Shown here: piece by piece, positions 11,071 through 24,260 of the stretch
Layout: each line of letters opens with the position of its first letter
Position numbering within the stretch: the stretch's first letter is position 1
Assembly: GCF_009834535.1 (NCBI RefSeq)
Contig: NC_045696.1
Coordinates: forward strand, 93,064,001-93,128,000
Origin: Camelus ferus
Taxonomy: Eukaryota
Length of the DNA stretch: 64,000 nucleotides
Direction: 5' to 3'
Made by a program: the position numbers and the translations under genes
The notes under the pieces: model-generated
Told to the model about the DNA's origin: nothing
Database searches by the model: none
What the model saw: the letters and a program-made list of their open reading frames with translations, nothing else

Positions 11071-11466
11071 AACAGGTCTAGCCATATGGACTTACTGGGA
11101 GTTGAACATTCTTGAGCAACAAAAAACACAGTTTTCAGAAACAGACTCACAAGCATAGAAAAGAGACTTACGGTTAACAGGGGAGGGGATGGGAAGGGGT
11201 AAAATGGGAGTTTGAGATTTGCAGATACTAACTACTATATATAAAAAAGTTAAACAACAAGTTTATATTGTATAGCACAGGGAACTGTATTCAATATCTT
11301 ATAGTAACCTATGGTGGAAAAGAATATGGAAACAAATATACGTATGTTCATGTATGACTGAAGCATTATGCTGTACCCCAGAAATTGACACATTGTAAAT
11401 TGACTACTTCAATAAAAAAAAATAAAAATAAAAACCTCCACAATTTCACATGGTTTTAACGTAATA
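11071..11466. mobile_element. MADE2-like Mariner MITE split by an L1 3' end
   Basis: Left half AGGTCTAGCCATATGG... and right half CAATTTCACATGGTTTTAACGTAATA resemble the palindromic MADE2 consensus. Confidence 0.55.
11136..11434 (+). mobile_element. LINE-1 3' UTR fragment with A-rich tail
   Basis: CAGAAACAGACTCACA...TATAGCACAGGGAAC...CTTCAATAAAAAAAAATAAAAATAAAAA. Confidence 0.92.
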
Positions 11467-13139
11467 CTTGGGTATCTATCGTTATTTTTTTCTATACATA
11501 TAGTGACAATAACTTGCTTTTGCACTTGGTATTATATACAAACTGTACTGAAATTCATGTATGAATATATTACTTATTAGTTTTATGTTTAGCCTTTGCA
11601 TTTTGTGTGGATTAAAGGTTACTGCCAGTGTTTTGAGAGCGAATTTTCAAGGAAAAAGATTCTCAGTTGAAATAAACTCTCAAAATTTTATCTGAAATCA
11701 CACCGTCATTCTTAACTATAATTTTTTTTTTAAAGCTGCTTAAGAGCACTAAGGAAGCGACAGTCAGTTGGTATCAGTGGTGTGATCACTTTTGTGTTAA
11801 GCATTGTGTGGGAGGGAGAAGGGAGGCAATAGTTCCTGATTTGCAAGAGTCTGTAATCTAGTTGGGGGAAATGAGACTCTCCTGTGTTGCAGAACAAATG
11901 AAAATGAAAAAGAAAATACCGGTGGAAAGGTGTTCTAATATCCAGTTATAGATTCTAAGTGCAAGAGGAGCTCGAAGAAGGGAATCAGGGTTAGTTGAAA
12001 TTTTCCAGCAGGCTTCTTGGAAGAAGCAGAATTTAGAATTTAGAATCCAGGGACTGTAACTAGCTTTCTCTTTAAAATGTCTGTAGGGTTCAGGGAAAGG
12101 CCTGGGATGTAGTAGTTTTTTAAAAAATGTCAGTGCCTCTGTTTTTTTTTAAGCAGAGATTGTGCTACTGGCCTCTGGACAAAGGACATGTTATTGAAGA
12201 TATTTCCTAGTAGTATGAGGAGACCATTCGCTCTTGTATGGGGTTTTCCTAATGTCTTTTATTAGAGGGGTAGTTCGGGTCTGGAAGACTGTCTAGGGCC
12301 ACAAGTCAGAGTGAAAGTCATTGACTCTTGTTGCGATTGAACTTTTAACCTTGGCTTCACCAACATAGACTGAGCCAATCTGCCATAGAGAATATATAAA
12401 GTATGCTCAGCAAAAGTGTATCATGTCTGGAAATGAGAAATTGAAATATGAGAATATATATTTTTTTTCTTTTTTTTCCTTGTAACACTCAGAATAAAAG
12501 CAAAAGCAAAAAGCAGTAAAAGAATTTTTAGAGAACTTTGGGAAGATGTATTGTTACGGATTTTCCCCCTCTGTATTTTCTTTAAAAATCGTAACACAAA
12601 ATCCTGTTCTGAATAAAATGGGAAAGCTAGAATGAAAATTACAATTCAGGGTTAGCCAGACATTCAAAATGCCTTACAGATTTTGAAACTATATTCTGGT
12701 TTTAATTTTTTCATGCTATATGATTGGTACTGGCTTTAGGCCATGCATCCTCTTAGACTGGAAACCTCTTGCCAGACAGAATATTGCTGGAGGTTATTAG
12801 AGCCGCCAGTTCCATCAGCACAAGGGTCTAATGGACTCAGTTGTGCATGGGCCTGGAGCCCAGGTAAAGAACTCACATTACATATATTTAAAATTTTGTG
12901 ACTTGGTAACCACATTACCCAGCTTTAAGAGCCATACAAAATATATAACCAGGTTTATCTAAGATACAAAATCTGGCTACAGTTTCCTGGATTGTTCACA
13001 AAACACCAAAGTAGCTTAAACATTTACACACTAGCATTAATCACCACATTAGGAACCACAGGCTCTGACTAGAGTAAATGCTAATTGTAGTGACGTAGGA
13101 AACAAGAACACACTGCAATTTTCTGAAATGCTAGTGGAG

Positions 13140-13310
13140 CTGTTGTTGCAGAAAGAACACTGCTTTGAGAATTGGTTCGTGTGTGGCAGTGGCTACTAAT
13201 TAGCTCTGTGTTCTTCTGTGAGTGGCTGCACACTTCTGGTCTCACCTTCCCTATCTGTAAAATGGGTAGGTTGAACTAGGTCATCTAAGATCCTTTCTTG
13301 CTTTGAAACT
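13140..13310 (+). mobile_element. MIR fragment
   Basis: TAGCTCTGTG...TCTCACCTTCCCTATCTGTAAAATGGG. Confidence 0.65.
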
Positions 13311-14239
13311 GTATGCTTCACATATAATAGCTTGTTCAATATACTTGAGTATATAAATGATTCTGAAGCTGTGTGTTTTAGCCTTGAAAAAAGGGTGGGT
13401 TTCTGGTTGAGGAAAAATGCACGATATATATTGCATCAACACCTCTACCCCAAAATTGTGCTACTAAAAATGGATTGAATTTCTAAAATTTTGTTCCTTT
13501 GACTTAAAAATAATTAATGATTTCCTGCAAGTTGGTTTTAGTGAATGCATCTGAGAGTATCATGTACCTCTCTTATCTGTTTTATATCCTGTTAGTTTGA
13601 AAAAAAAAAGTGTGAGTGAATTTGATGGGGAGGCTGGTGTGAGCCATTCTAGATTTGAGATGCAGTGAAGACTGAGAAGTAGGGAGTTTACATTTTACAT
13701 TTCATTTGGGTTAGGTATTTGGAAACAACTCTCTCAGCAGCCAAAACACTGTAACGGGGGAAATAGAATGCTATTGTGCTATTGCTAAGCCAAGGTCCCT
13801 CTGCGTGGTATTACCTATCTACGAGTGTGTGGTTTTAGTTTTGGCCCGAGTTTAGAAATAGCATGCAGAGTCCTTCATTTGATGTCTGTCCGACAGAGTA
13901 TTGTCACATTTCTCTGACCTGGAGCTATTGCTAGGCTAAATTTTCTTGACTTGAGAATCATGGTGTGGATGGTATGTTGCATGTATGTGGGGGAGAAAAA
14001 TCTAAATGAATCCTTGACTTCAGACTTCAGCAGATGTCAGTTATCTCAGAGTTACATCTATTTCTGTTCTTCCCAAACTTATACTCCAGCTTGCATTTAT
14101 TTATTTATGTTCTGCAGACTTTTCTTTGGATTTTACCTGAGTAGACAAGCATGAAATGAATTTCTCATGGCATTTCACTAATGTCAGGAATTCTTGCAGC
14201 TCAGTATCACTGATTAGTAACAGTCTCCACTCTCGGGAC

Positions 14240-14691
14240 TGGTAGTGGCTGCTTCCTGCAAGACCTGGGAACCCTTCCCACCAGCAGCTGCCCTGAGTAT
14301 TGCATGCTGCTAATTCACAGCTGAGTCCTTCCCCAGGCATTGCTCTTGGCCAAAGCAGGTGATCTTGCACCAGGTTCCATTTCCTCCCTAGGGTAGTCTA
14401 CCTCCAAAAACCAGTCAGTGTGGAGGTACAAAGGCTTGACTCCCTTAACCTCAAGTTTGCACAGCTGTAAAGGGCCACCTCAGCTCCATAGGATTTCCTA
14501 CAGGACTCACTGAAGTGACTGTGACTTTGATCACAGCCACATCACAGTTCAATTTTCCCCTCTACCCAGTCCCACATCCCTTTCTACCTCCTGGGTCTGT
14601 TTCTCAGACCCCACCTCCTGCTTCTGCCCCCCAGTAAGGCTCCTGCACACCAATCCCAGCCTCACAGTCTCCCTGGAACCCACCAGAGACA
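14240..14691 (+). mobile_element. ERV-L solo LTR (LTR16-like)
   Basis: CACAGCTGAGTCCTTCCCCAGGCATTGC...CATCACAGTTCAATTTTCCCCTCT...CAGTAAGGCTCCTGCACACCAATC...GGAACCCACCAGAGACA. Confidence 0.7.
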
Positions 14692-17088
14692 GGACCTTTT
14701 TCCATTCAATGGCATGAATTTCCCCAGTGTCTACATTGAATCCTGGCTAGATGAACTCTTCTGGAAAAGTTAATACTGGCTGCCTGGAAATTTAACGTGT
14801 TAAATTCAGTGTTTGTATTTTTCACTTTAGTGTCTAGTAGCTTTTTTTTTTTTAATGATGTGATTTTATGATTCTAGAGGAAAAATGACTCCTTTTATTT
14901 ATTGCAAGTATGCTTAAAGCCTCATTCCCTCTTTTGATATATTGGAGCAGTCTTTTAAAAATTACAAGACTGCTCAGTGTAATAATCACTACCTCTTTTT
15001 ATAGTGTTTTTATATGATTTATCTACTAGCCTTTTTCATCATTAGAAAGAAAAATTAAAATACTTGGTATAAGAAATGATGTAGCTGAACCATATACATA
15101 ACCAGATTTTTTTCTTGTGATTATTTATTTTTTTCATTGCTATGACTCAAGTCACAACCATAAAAAAGTGAAAATTTCAGAGAGACCGCCTAACGACTAA
15201 TTAGTACCAGTCCATGTGCCTATGCCCTATGCTTTGTACGAAAAGTCAATTTTTGAAATATTTAGGGATTTTTCTGGGTGGGGAGGTCATAATTTCATCT
15301 GCATTTTAACCAAGCCAAAGAGATACTCAGTTGACACTATTGATATCTGCCTCTTAAAGAAAATGTTGGATTTTTAGTATTATAATCTCTTGCTAAATTT
15401 AGAAATTATTAAACAAAACATAGACTTTATATAAAAGTGACACCTAGAAATCTTGATTGATGTACATCACAAATATATATGACACTTAGAAATTTTAATT
15501 CTCTAATAAATAGAGGAATTCAAAATTTTATAATATCTTATGAAACAAAATTCTGACTTTTCATTACTGAAATCAAGATACATTCAAGAATTTATTTTAG
15601 GCTGAAGCTCTTCAAGTTTTTATGCATGGAATGTAATACTCGACATTTTAAAATTCGGTTTATTCCAAGCCCAAGGTGTTCATAGCCTAATACATTTTGC
15701 ATAATGGATGCTCTCCTTTGTCAAATACCAGCGATCTGTGTGGATTGGTATTATGAGAGCCGTGGAGCTGTTCAAGCTGGGGCAAGGACGCTGTATCATT
15801 TGCATCCCCCATGAAGGCTATATAAAGCCTTTCCAGTTACAGCCTGCCCTGCCGACACAGAGCCAGCAGAGAGGCATTGTGGCTCTGTGCATGGCGGGAC
15901 GGAGCCAAGGTTCTAATAGCATGTGAGACATGCTATTTATAGGGTTAGAGAATAGTCTCATAAAAAAAATTACACTGGGCTCCCACAACCTGTCTTGGAA
16001 GCCCATTCTTTTCCATCCATGTCTTTCTACTTGAGTGTCAAGGTACAGAAGACTCTGAGTACACATTCCAGAAAATAATTTCCGATTGGTCAAACCTTTT
16101 CTCTGGGGCTAATTCTGATTCTTCCACATTTCACTTGTGCCTCTCAAAGCCAATGAAGAAAAACCAAATAGAGAAACAAATTGCACTGATGCTGATATTT
16201 AAGGGAATAAAATGTCCTTTGAAAGATCTAAGTACTAATTTAATGTGTAAATGTACAAATGGAGAATCGCGTATTTGTCAGACTTATGAAGTATTACCGA
16301 TCCATTATTAACATCTGGAGCAGGGGCTGTGGTCTGTGTCTGCTGTCCTGATGAAGTCTGCTGTGTTTCCAAATTGACTTGTCATCATTGTTTTAGTGTC
16401 TCTTGGCTTCCTTGCTTTAGAAAAGGTTTTGCGTCACAGAAAAGGGAGTGATTGCTTACAGTCAAATACATTTGGGAAATTCTTGGTTAAATTGATTTCT
16501 TTACTGTAGAACTTCTTAGAGCCTTTTATATGAAAATGTGTTATGAGTCTTTGAGAAAGGAATAGCATATGGAGCACTGATCTAAGTTGTTTGATCACAG
16601 AATTTTTTCTGTGTGTGCACCATTCATTAATATGTATTAGAAAGGGATCTGTGGGTCAGTTTTGGAAATGCTGACCTATCATTCTGCTTTTGATTATAAT
16701 ATTTTTTACAGCTTTTCTAGCTTTGTAAAATGAACTGGAAACTTTAGATTTTTTTTTTTATCCAGTGCTTTGAAAGTCACTACAAACATGCAAATAATTT
16801 ATACCTTTCAGTTTCTTCTCTGATAAGGTGGGCCAGATGAGTCAGCCCATATTTGAGGATCAACGAGAATTATTTATTGAGCAACACAACTTTTCTTTTC
16901 TTACCCCTCCTCCCTTTCCTTCTCCTTCTTTGTCTTCTTCTTCTTGCAACTATCTTGAGAAACATCACTTTTTTGACTGACCTCCTAACCAGCAAACAAG
17001 CAATTCAGAGGATACAAGGAGGCGAAAGATTCAGGGTGGTGTGAGTGGACTGGGCTTAGGGGCACCACCCTTGTTCCCCATGGAGGCA

Positions 17089-17107
17089 TGCTGCCCTCTG
17101 GTGGCCT
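17089..17107 (-). promoter_or_regulatory. CTCF core motif
   Basis: Reverse complement AGGCCACCAGAGGGCAGCA fully matches CCASYAGRKGGCRS. Confidence 0.65.
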
Positions 17108-17549
17108 CAGCCATCCACGTGGAGGCAGGGGTCTGTCAGGTTGGAGAAGTCACCCTTGGCCGCTGACTTCCTGATACCACCTCCTGTGCTGCGGGAGTGT
17201 AGGCGGGGTCTCAGGGGGTTGTACTAAAACAGTGAATTTCTATTTTTCTTAAACCATGTTACTCAGACCCATCTTCTGGGTTCCAGATTTATTTTAATTT
17301 TTTTGAGTCCCACTTTGTACCACTGAGGTACCTAACAATTACAAAGCATCTTATATGACCTTATTTCTAATTTCTTACTGTGCTACTGTACCTACTTAAG
17401 AGCTTGATAAAACAGGCCTGGCCATGGTTTACTGCACTAGGTTATGGATCTATAGCTATGCTTTCTACTTATTTGGAGTTCACTTTTGAAAATTTATGCC
17501 ATTGAGGTGGATTTCTCAGCCCAGGATGGATCTGCTCCTGCTCACGGTG

Positions 17550-17893
17550 CTATGTCAGCACCTGCACTGTTCCATTCCTGTAAATGCTTTGCTTGACCAG
17601 AAACAGTATATCCAGTCAGCCAGTCCCCAGATGCCAACCTAACTCTGGGCTTTATCCTTATTTCCTTGTTCTTTGGTCTTTCTGGATAAGGTCAGATATG
17701 CAACCCCAGCCAATTAGCCCTGTCTCCTCGTTGCTGCTTCTAATGCTCTATAAAACTCACTCTTGCCCAAAGTCCCCAGGAGGAATGTCCCACTGCTTAT
17801 GTGACACTGTGGTCCCTCAATCCGTGGACTGCTTTCTCTTGAATAAAGGGCATCAAACTCGTTACCAAATTGTTTTAGTTTTGCCATTTGACA
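17550..17893 (+). mobile_element. Old ERV1-type solo LTR
   Basis: TATAAAA (~17748), AATAAA (~17842) and terminal TTTTGCCATTTGACA in LTR order; 5' end uncertain. Confidence 0.5.
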
Positions 17894-18043
17894 ATGCTTG
17901 TGCATAAAATGATCTATTCCATCATCTTTTAAAAATCCTACTTCCCACAGACTGTGAGCCACAGTAGTTCTGTGATTTCTGTCTCTCCATCCATGTCACT
18001 TGCAAGGCACCTTTTTTTTTTAGCATCATCCTGCACATATTAC

Positions 18044-18840
18044 AGTGATATTGTGATATAATAAGAAATGTGTTTGGTCATCTTCTCCAGTTCCTGGCAC
18101 AGAGCTCCTAAAACCCTTATAATTTTCTGAGTGATAGGGGTGAGGGGAACATCTTTGGCATTCATAACTAGCCTTTTTTCAACCATACCTGAGTTTATGC
18201 TAATGAGGATGCTAATGGGGTGATTTTTGGAGGATGGGTTCTGGTTGCCAGAGAAACCAACTTTCAGCCCTACCACCAGAGAGGGGTGAAAGGCTGAAGA
18301 TTGAACTGATCACCGTTGGCCAGTGCTTTAATCAATCATGTCTATGTATGAAGTAATAAGAACTTCGTTAAAATTCTAAACAATGGAATTCAGAGAGCTT
18401 CCGGGTTGGTGAATACATCAATGTGCTTACAGGACCCAAGAAAGGGTGTGGAGACTCCGTGTGCCTTCCATACCTTGCTCTGTGCACCTCTTCTGTTTGG
18501 CTGCTCCTGAATTATAAGATTGCTAATAAACCAGTAATAGTGAGTAAATTGTTTTCCTGAATTGTGTTAGCCGTTCTAGAAAATTAGCAAACTTGAGGGT
18601 GATGGGAACCCTCAATTTATAGCCAGTTAATCAGAAGTGCACGAAGTCCAGACTTGCAATTGGCACCTGAAGGGGGAACAATCTTGTAGGACTGAGCCCT
18701 TAACCTGTGGGGTCTGCACTGACTCCAGGTAAGTGAGTGTTAGAACTGAACTGTAAGACACGAGAGTTGGACAATTGGTTGATGTGGGGAAAAACCCTCA
18801 CACATTTGGTGTCAAAGGTGCTCTGGGAGTAGACACAGAT
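18044..18840 (+). mobile_element. MER21-like LTR
   Basis: GTGATATTGTGATATAATAAGAAAT...CAGAGCTCCTAAAACCC...GAGAGCTTCCGGGTTGGTGAA...CACACATTTGGTGTCA. Confidence 0.85.
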
Positions 18841-19229
18841 CATAGTATTAGTAATAGCTACCGTCTTTGAGTGCCAGGTATTTTGCTAATGCTCACCATA
18901 TATTGTTTCCAAATCCAGTGTAATCATTTAAGATTGTTTTCTCGGCACCATTTTACAGATGGAAAAACCAAGACTTCATTACTTAGCAAAGGGCATATTT
19001 CAAATGAACTGGATTTCTGGTTCTCTCAGACTCCCAGTCCCTGCCTCCCCTATGCCCCCTGTCTATACATGGCTACTACTATGTGCCTCTATAACTATAT
19101 AAAATCTACTATGGCCAATTTATCCAGTAGATAAAACCGAGTGCCTCCTGTGGTGCCCTTTCTCTGCAGGGTGCTGTGGGCAAGAACATACAGAAGGAGA
19201 ATAATGATAATTGGAGCCAACACTTGTTT

Positions 19230-19385
19230 GATCCTCACAGAACAGATATTTTTCTTGTCCTCCTCTGTCAGAGCAGAACAGTGAGGCACAGGATTGCTCT
19301 GTAACTTGTCCAAGGACACACAGATGATAAGTGGCAGAGCCATTATTGAAACTCAGGATTTCTGACTCCAGAGCTGAATGCCTCT
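19230..19385 (-). mobile_element. MIR fragment
   Basis: TGAGGCACAG...TAACTTGTCCAAGGACACACAG...AAGTGGCAGAGC...CTGACTCCAGAGC. Confidence 0.75.
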
Positions 19386-21041
19386 TGAGAATAAGCAATC
19401 CTTTATATCAACTGTCAGTCTCACTTGGAAACAAAACAGACACACATGATAGAGCCAAAGAACTATGATTACATAGTGCCCGTACAAATTTGAAAGAACC
19501 TATTCTAAACTTCATATGTAAGGGATTTCAGACAGGAAAATATCTTCATGGATTTCATGTGCTGTTTTCATGAGCTGCAGTGCAGTGTGACTCAGTAGCA
19601 GTAAAGATCCGTTCAGTTACTTGGTTTAACTACACATTCTTGTTCAGTGAACTTTTTATGCCATCTTTTGACTGAAATTCTCTAAATGAAAGAACCCCCC
19701 ACCATGACTATTCCTGCCATTAATAATCTCAAAAAGACAAGGACCAAGATCACATATAAGCCTCTGAATAGAATATAATACCTTTGGTGAAATGCAGTTG
19801 GCTCATTTAGACATAGTTCTACCCGAAATAGCCGAGATGGACTGGATGGAATTTATTGCATTACTAATGTTCTAAAGGCAGATTTCCTAGTAACAACCTA
19901 CCCATAAAACTCTACTTTAACAAAAGGCTACTTGATAGCATAGAATAAACTCGAATGCATTTTTATAGCCGGAGGTTTCCAAGCCATGAATACTTCCATC
20001 CCTGTAAGAAATATTTATGAGGCACCCTGCATTTTTCACCTCCTTGATGGAATACAGCAGTTTCATTGCAGCCACTTTCTTTCTCTCCCTTTTTGCTGGT
20101 GATGGACTCCTTAGCATATCATAAGCAATCCGTCAGTAAGAGGAACTTTGGCATTCGGAAAGGAATGAAGAGAAAAGTATCAAAAATTGTGGAAATTTTT
20201 TTTTTTTTAAGAATATGCTATTCATTGCTAAACTAACTCGAATAGTTTCAGAACAATGTTAAAATAGGCAGTTGAAAAGATGGTGGCCTGGTAATTTAAT
20301 TTGCCTAGTGATGGTCTTAAAATTTATTTTTCTCCCTTATAGAAATAAACATTTGATTGGGCTTAGAAAATTCCAGATTGCTGACATTTGGGGTATGGTG
20401 TGTGAGACCTGTAATTTTTTTAAGTTAGCCTTTCTTTTCCTTTTTTCCTTTTTAAAGGAAGCATATGGAAGTAACTGCTTTAAAAATATCTCTTTAAAGA
20501 TGTCAAAAGGTTGGATTAAAATATTATGCTGTTGATCATTGTAGCTGTTCTGTCTCTCTTCCTTGTTAGAATGGTGGAAAAAGCCAATACTTGATTTTAC
20601 ATTAATTTTTTAAGAATAATGATTTTGTTATTTGTGTAAATGTTGCATAATTTAAAAATTCAAGCAATTAAAGAATTCAGAAAGAAGACATCTTAAAAAA
20701 TGAATTAGAAGAGAAACATAAGTTACATTAGCTAATATAGATAAGAGTATGAAAAGTCTAAGATACAAAATAAATATTGAGTAATACATACACTTCTATT
20801 TTAGAAGCAATGCTTAAAAATCTGGTTAGCTAACCATTGAATTTTATTATAATGTGACATACATTGTTTAAAATTTGCAGATTGTCCTCATATTAGATGT
20901 TAGTTTCAGATTCTTCTAGTTCCTATTTTTAAAAGGAAATACTGCTTTGTATTAATACAGATTTTTTGTATTGGTTAATATTATTAATTTGTTAAGTACC
21001 CATGAGCAAAACATTTTGTTAGTTGCAAAGTTAACTAGACA

Positions 21042-21452
21042 TGGTGGCAGAGACTGGGGAGGTACTCATCAAACTTATTTCCACTTTTTAAACACACGGC
21101 TAGACTACATTTCCTGGCCTCCCTTGGCATTTGATCCAGACACATGATGGAGTTCTGGCCAGTGGAACCTGGGTAGATTGACACCCATCACCTTTAGGAA
21201 GAGCGCGTAAGGTCTCCCATATATGTCTGTAAAGGCTCTTTTTCTTACTTCGCCTCCCGTTAAGATCTAGTGGAAGATTTTGAAGCCTGGGAGTAGGTGG
21301 CTGTAATTACTGGCGCAATGCCTGTAAGGAGCAGACCCCCCGCCCCTCCACCACCAGCCCACACTGGACTGTGGCAGAGCCAGCACACCTTAGGTGTATA
21401 AGTCACAGAGACAGGAGGGTGGCTGTTTTTTACAGCTCTTTTCCTACCCTAA
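21042..21452 (+). mobile_element. MaLR LTR (old MLT1 type)
   Basis: TGGTGGCAGAGACTG...GACTACATTTCCTGGCCTCCCTTG...GAGTTCTGGCCAGTGGAA. Confidence 0.75.
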
Positions 21453-21454
21453 GC

Positions 21455-21657
21455 CAGGATTTCTCTATCTTGCACTATTAACTTACTGGACTAGATAAAT
21501 CTTTGTTGTGGGGACTCTGCGTTAGTTACAGGACGTGTAGCCATGTCCCTGGTCTCTACTTGGGTGCCATTAGTGCCCCCCCCCCTCCAGCCGTGACAAT
21601 AAAAAATGTCTCTAGACATTACAGGTGTCCCCTTTGCCCCTGGTTGAGGACTGCTGG
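21455..21657 (+). mobile_element. MER20 (hAT-Charlie MITE)
   Basis: GCACTATTAAC...TCTTTGTTGTGGGG...GTGACAATAAAAAATGTCTCTAGACATT...CCCTGGTTGAG. Confidence 0.85.
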
Positions 21658-22790
21658 TCTGATGTAGTCATGTTGCTATTTTTAAAACATAGAGCGTTCT
21701 CTACATTTTTATATAACGAGTTTCTGAAAAATCTGAAGTCAAAAGTCTGAAAGGTGAACAGCATATTTACATATTATAAAGAGTTCTGTTATATAAGAGA
21801 AATAAAAGGAAAGTAAAAATTTTTAAATAAACATAGCCTCCAGTAGCACATTATAAAGATGTTATTGCAGCAACTTTTACATTTTTAAACTTTGCGTTTT
21901 TCCTTCACAGTTGAACCCATACTTGACCAGCGTAAATAACACCCAATGAACTGTAGGTTGAAGCTCGAGTTATCGCTTATGGCACATAGCACTTTCATGT
22001 GTGTAGCAATTTTATAAGACCTGTGCTTTTGTTTGTATAATAAGGTGTATTGCAGTTCTCCATTTCCACTCATTTTTATGAAATAGAAATAAGTATCAAA
22101 ATAATAGAATACATATCTCTGTATAGACCAAGCTGGCCACATAGCCAGAATGCAGCTGGTGACATTTAAAAGACTTTACTGTGGGGACTGAATGAGATGG
22201 ATGTTTGTCTGCTGATGTACTAAAGTCTGGTTTTACTTTGACACTCCTTAGTCTTAACCCATTTTCCCCATGCTTCGTTTCTGTCCTGCTGTGTTCATTT
22301 CCTCTTTTCCATCTCAAACTCTGCACTAGGCAATATAGTGTTTGGACAACTTACCTGGTTTCAGCATAGGCATCCTGAGGTCTCTAGAGTACCTAGCATC
22401 TGATGTTTCACACCAGACACTTCTGCCCTTCTATGTTTAAGGAACTTTGCTCTCAAGGCGAACTTGTGTTTGGGTACACCCTGCATTGGCTTCTGCTTGT
22501 TATGGAGGAACACTACAGAGAGTTGGATGCTTGATAATACAAGCAAAAACAAGGCAGAGTCCTTGCTTTTTTAGGAACTTGTCATCCAGAGGTGGAGACA
22601 GATGCAGACATAAATAATACTTAGACAATTCCATGAAAAGATGGAGACACTGGAGTGACTTGAAGTTCAAAGTAGAAACATTGGGGTTGGAGTGTATTAA
22701 ATCCAAGTGCATTCTGGTGGGGATGGTTAAAAGAATACCTCCATCTGAACCACCAGCCTATCTGACGGAGGTCCTCTTTTAAAATCCAAC

Positions 22791-22821
22791 CACAGGTATG
22801 ATGTTCTTAATCATACCTGTG
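22791..22821. repeat. Perfect 12-bp inverted repeat with 7-nt loop
   Basis: CACAGGTATGAT-GTTCTTA-ATCATACCTGTG. Confidence 0.95.
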
Positions 22822-22929
22822 ATCGGAGCACAAGAGAACATTGCAATTGAAATTCTTTTCTCTGAATGCTTGGGAATGGTTAGTTTTGCTGAATTGGTGG
22901 ATTCAATAGCTCAGTCCTTGGTTAAATTA

Positions 22930-23173
22930 TATGAGTAGAGCAGAGTAATTGAAAACCCTTGGGTCAGACCCTGGTGTTAGGATTCAAGATCTGCCATGTA
23001 CCTCCAGTGCGACTTTCACCATATGGTAATTTAACCTCCTTTGCCTCAGTTTTCTTAACTGTAAACACTGGACAAGAAACTATTTGATAAGGTGTTGTGA
23101 GACTTAATTTTTTTATTGAAGTATAGTTGATTTACAATATTGTGTTAGTTTCAGGTATGCAGGAAAGTGATTT

Positions 23174-23206
<33 letters not shown>

Positions 23207-23310
23207 TTTTCTGATTCTATCTCATTATAGTTTATTAGAGAATTAAATATTAATATGTGCCATGTGCCTAAAACAATGCCTGGCACCTAGTAAAGCTCTT
23301 GGTAATTGTT
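22930..23310 (+). mobile_element. MIR interrupted by a short antisense L1 3' end (23108-23240) containing (TA)n
   Basis: TTAACCTCCTTTGCCTCAGTTTTCTTAACTGTAAA...GTTGTGAGA, insert, GAGAATTAAAT...TGCCTGGCACCTAGTAA. Confidence 0.8.
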
Positions 23311-24084
23311 ACCACTAATATGTATTCGTGATACATTATATAGAGTTAATTTATTCTTTCAAGCACTATACTATAGGTATTGATGATTTTATCTTTATAA
23401 AAATCACATTTATAATTATATTTTCTTATATACAGTAACTCAGTCCCAATAAATCCCTCCAACTTTTTTGTTCTGTCAGTAACAGACTAAATTTCTGTTG
23501 TTACCTTCTGATTTCTAGAGATGCCTGTGTCTCAGAAATCATTCTATAATTTTGAAAAGGGAAGAGACTCTGGCAGACTTTTTCTTTACTTAAAAAATGT
23601 GGGGTTTTTTAACTCTGTTATTACAGACCCGGGTATTCCTTTTATTTTCTTTCTGCTTTCAAATAATTCTTCCTGATTTAAAAAAATAAAAATAAGTGCA
23701 CTTCACAGAAAACACTGCAAACCTCTCAAATTCCTCTGCTTATATGCTTTTCATATCTCCCTTGGACACATGCAGTGCTGATTTTCCTCAGCACTTTGAG
23801 TGTGAGAGATGGATGGCGAGTGTCCGGACTCTCCTGACCCAGATTGAAAGGCCTCAGGAGGCGTGCACAGACTAGATTTGTAGATACTGTAGAACAGTCA
23901 CATTACAATCACTTCGCCATGCAGGATCCCCTTACGGTCAAGACAGCTCAACAGCAACTTTATGTAGGCCACATAAACAGCGTCCTCCTCCCCTGGCATA
24001 AAAATACTCACACTTTTAGAAAATATTTCTGGAAAAAGATCAGATTTAGAGATTAGGCATATTTATCTCCAAGACAATTACTAT

Positions 24085-24260
24085 GGAAGGCTTGAAGTTT
24101 ATGAGAGGCTATTACATAGAGAATAGGGACCAGCTGTTCTCCATTTCTGAAGAATCCCAGAGAGCTAAGCCTCAGCATGAAATAATTAGGTTGGTATGAA
24201 GAGGAATTTCCTGATGGTGAGAGTGAAACACTGAAAGGAATACCTTACCATCTGAAAGGG
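24085..24260 (+). mobile_element. CR1/L3 LINE fragment
   Basis: CAGCTGTTCTCCATTTC...TTAGGTTGGTATGAAGAGGAATTTCCTGATGGTGAG resembles the CR1 3' region. Confidence 0.55.

Noticed and set aside
22821..22835. GATCGGAGCAC resembling an Illumina adapter remnant
   Set aside because: Differs from AGATCGGAAGAGCAC by a deletion and is too short to call
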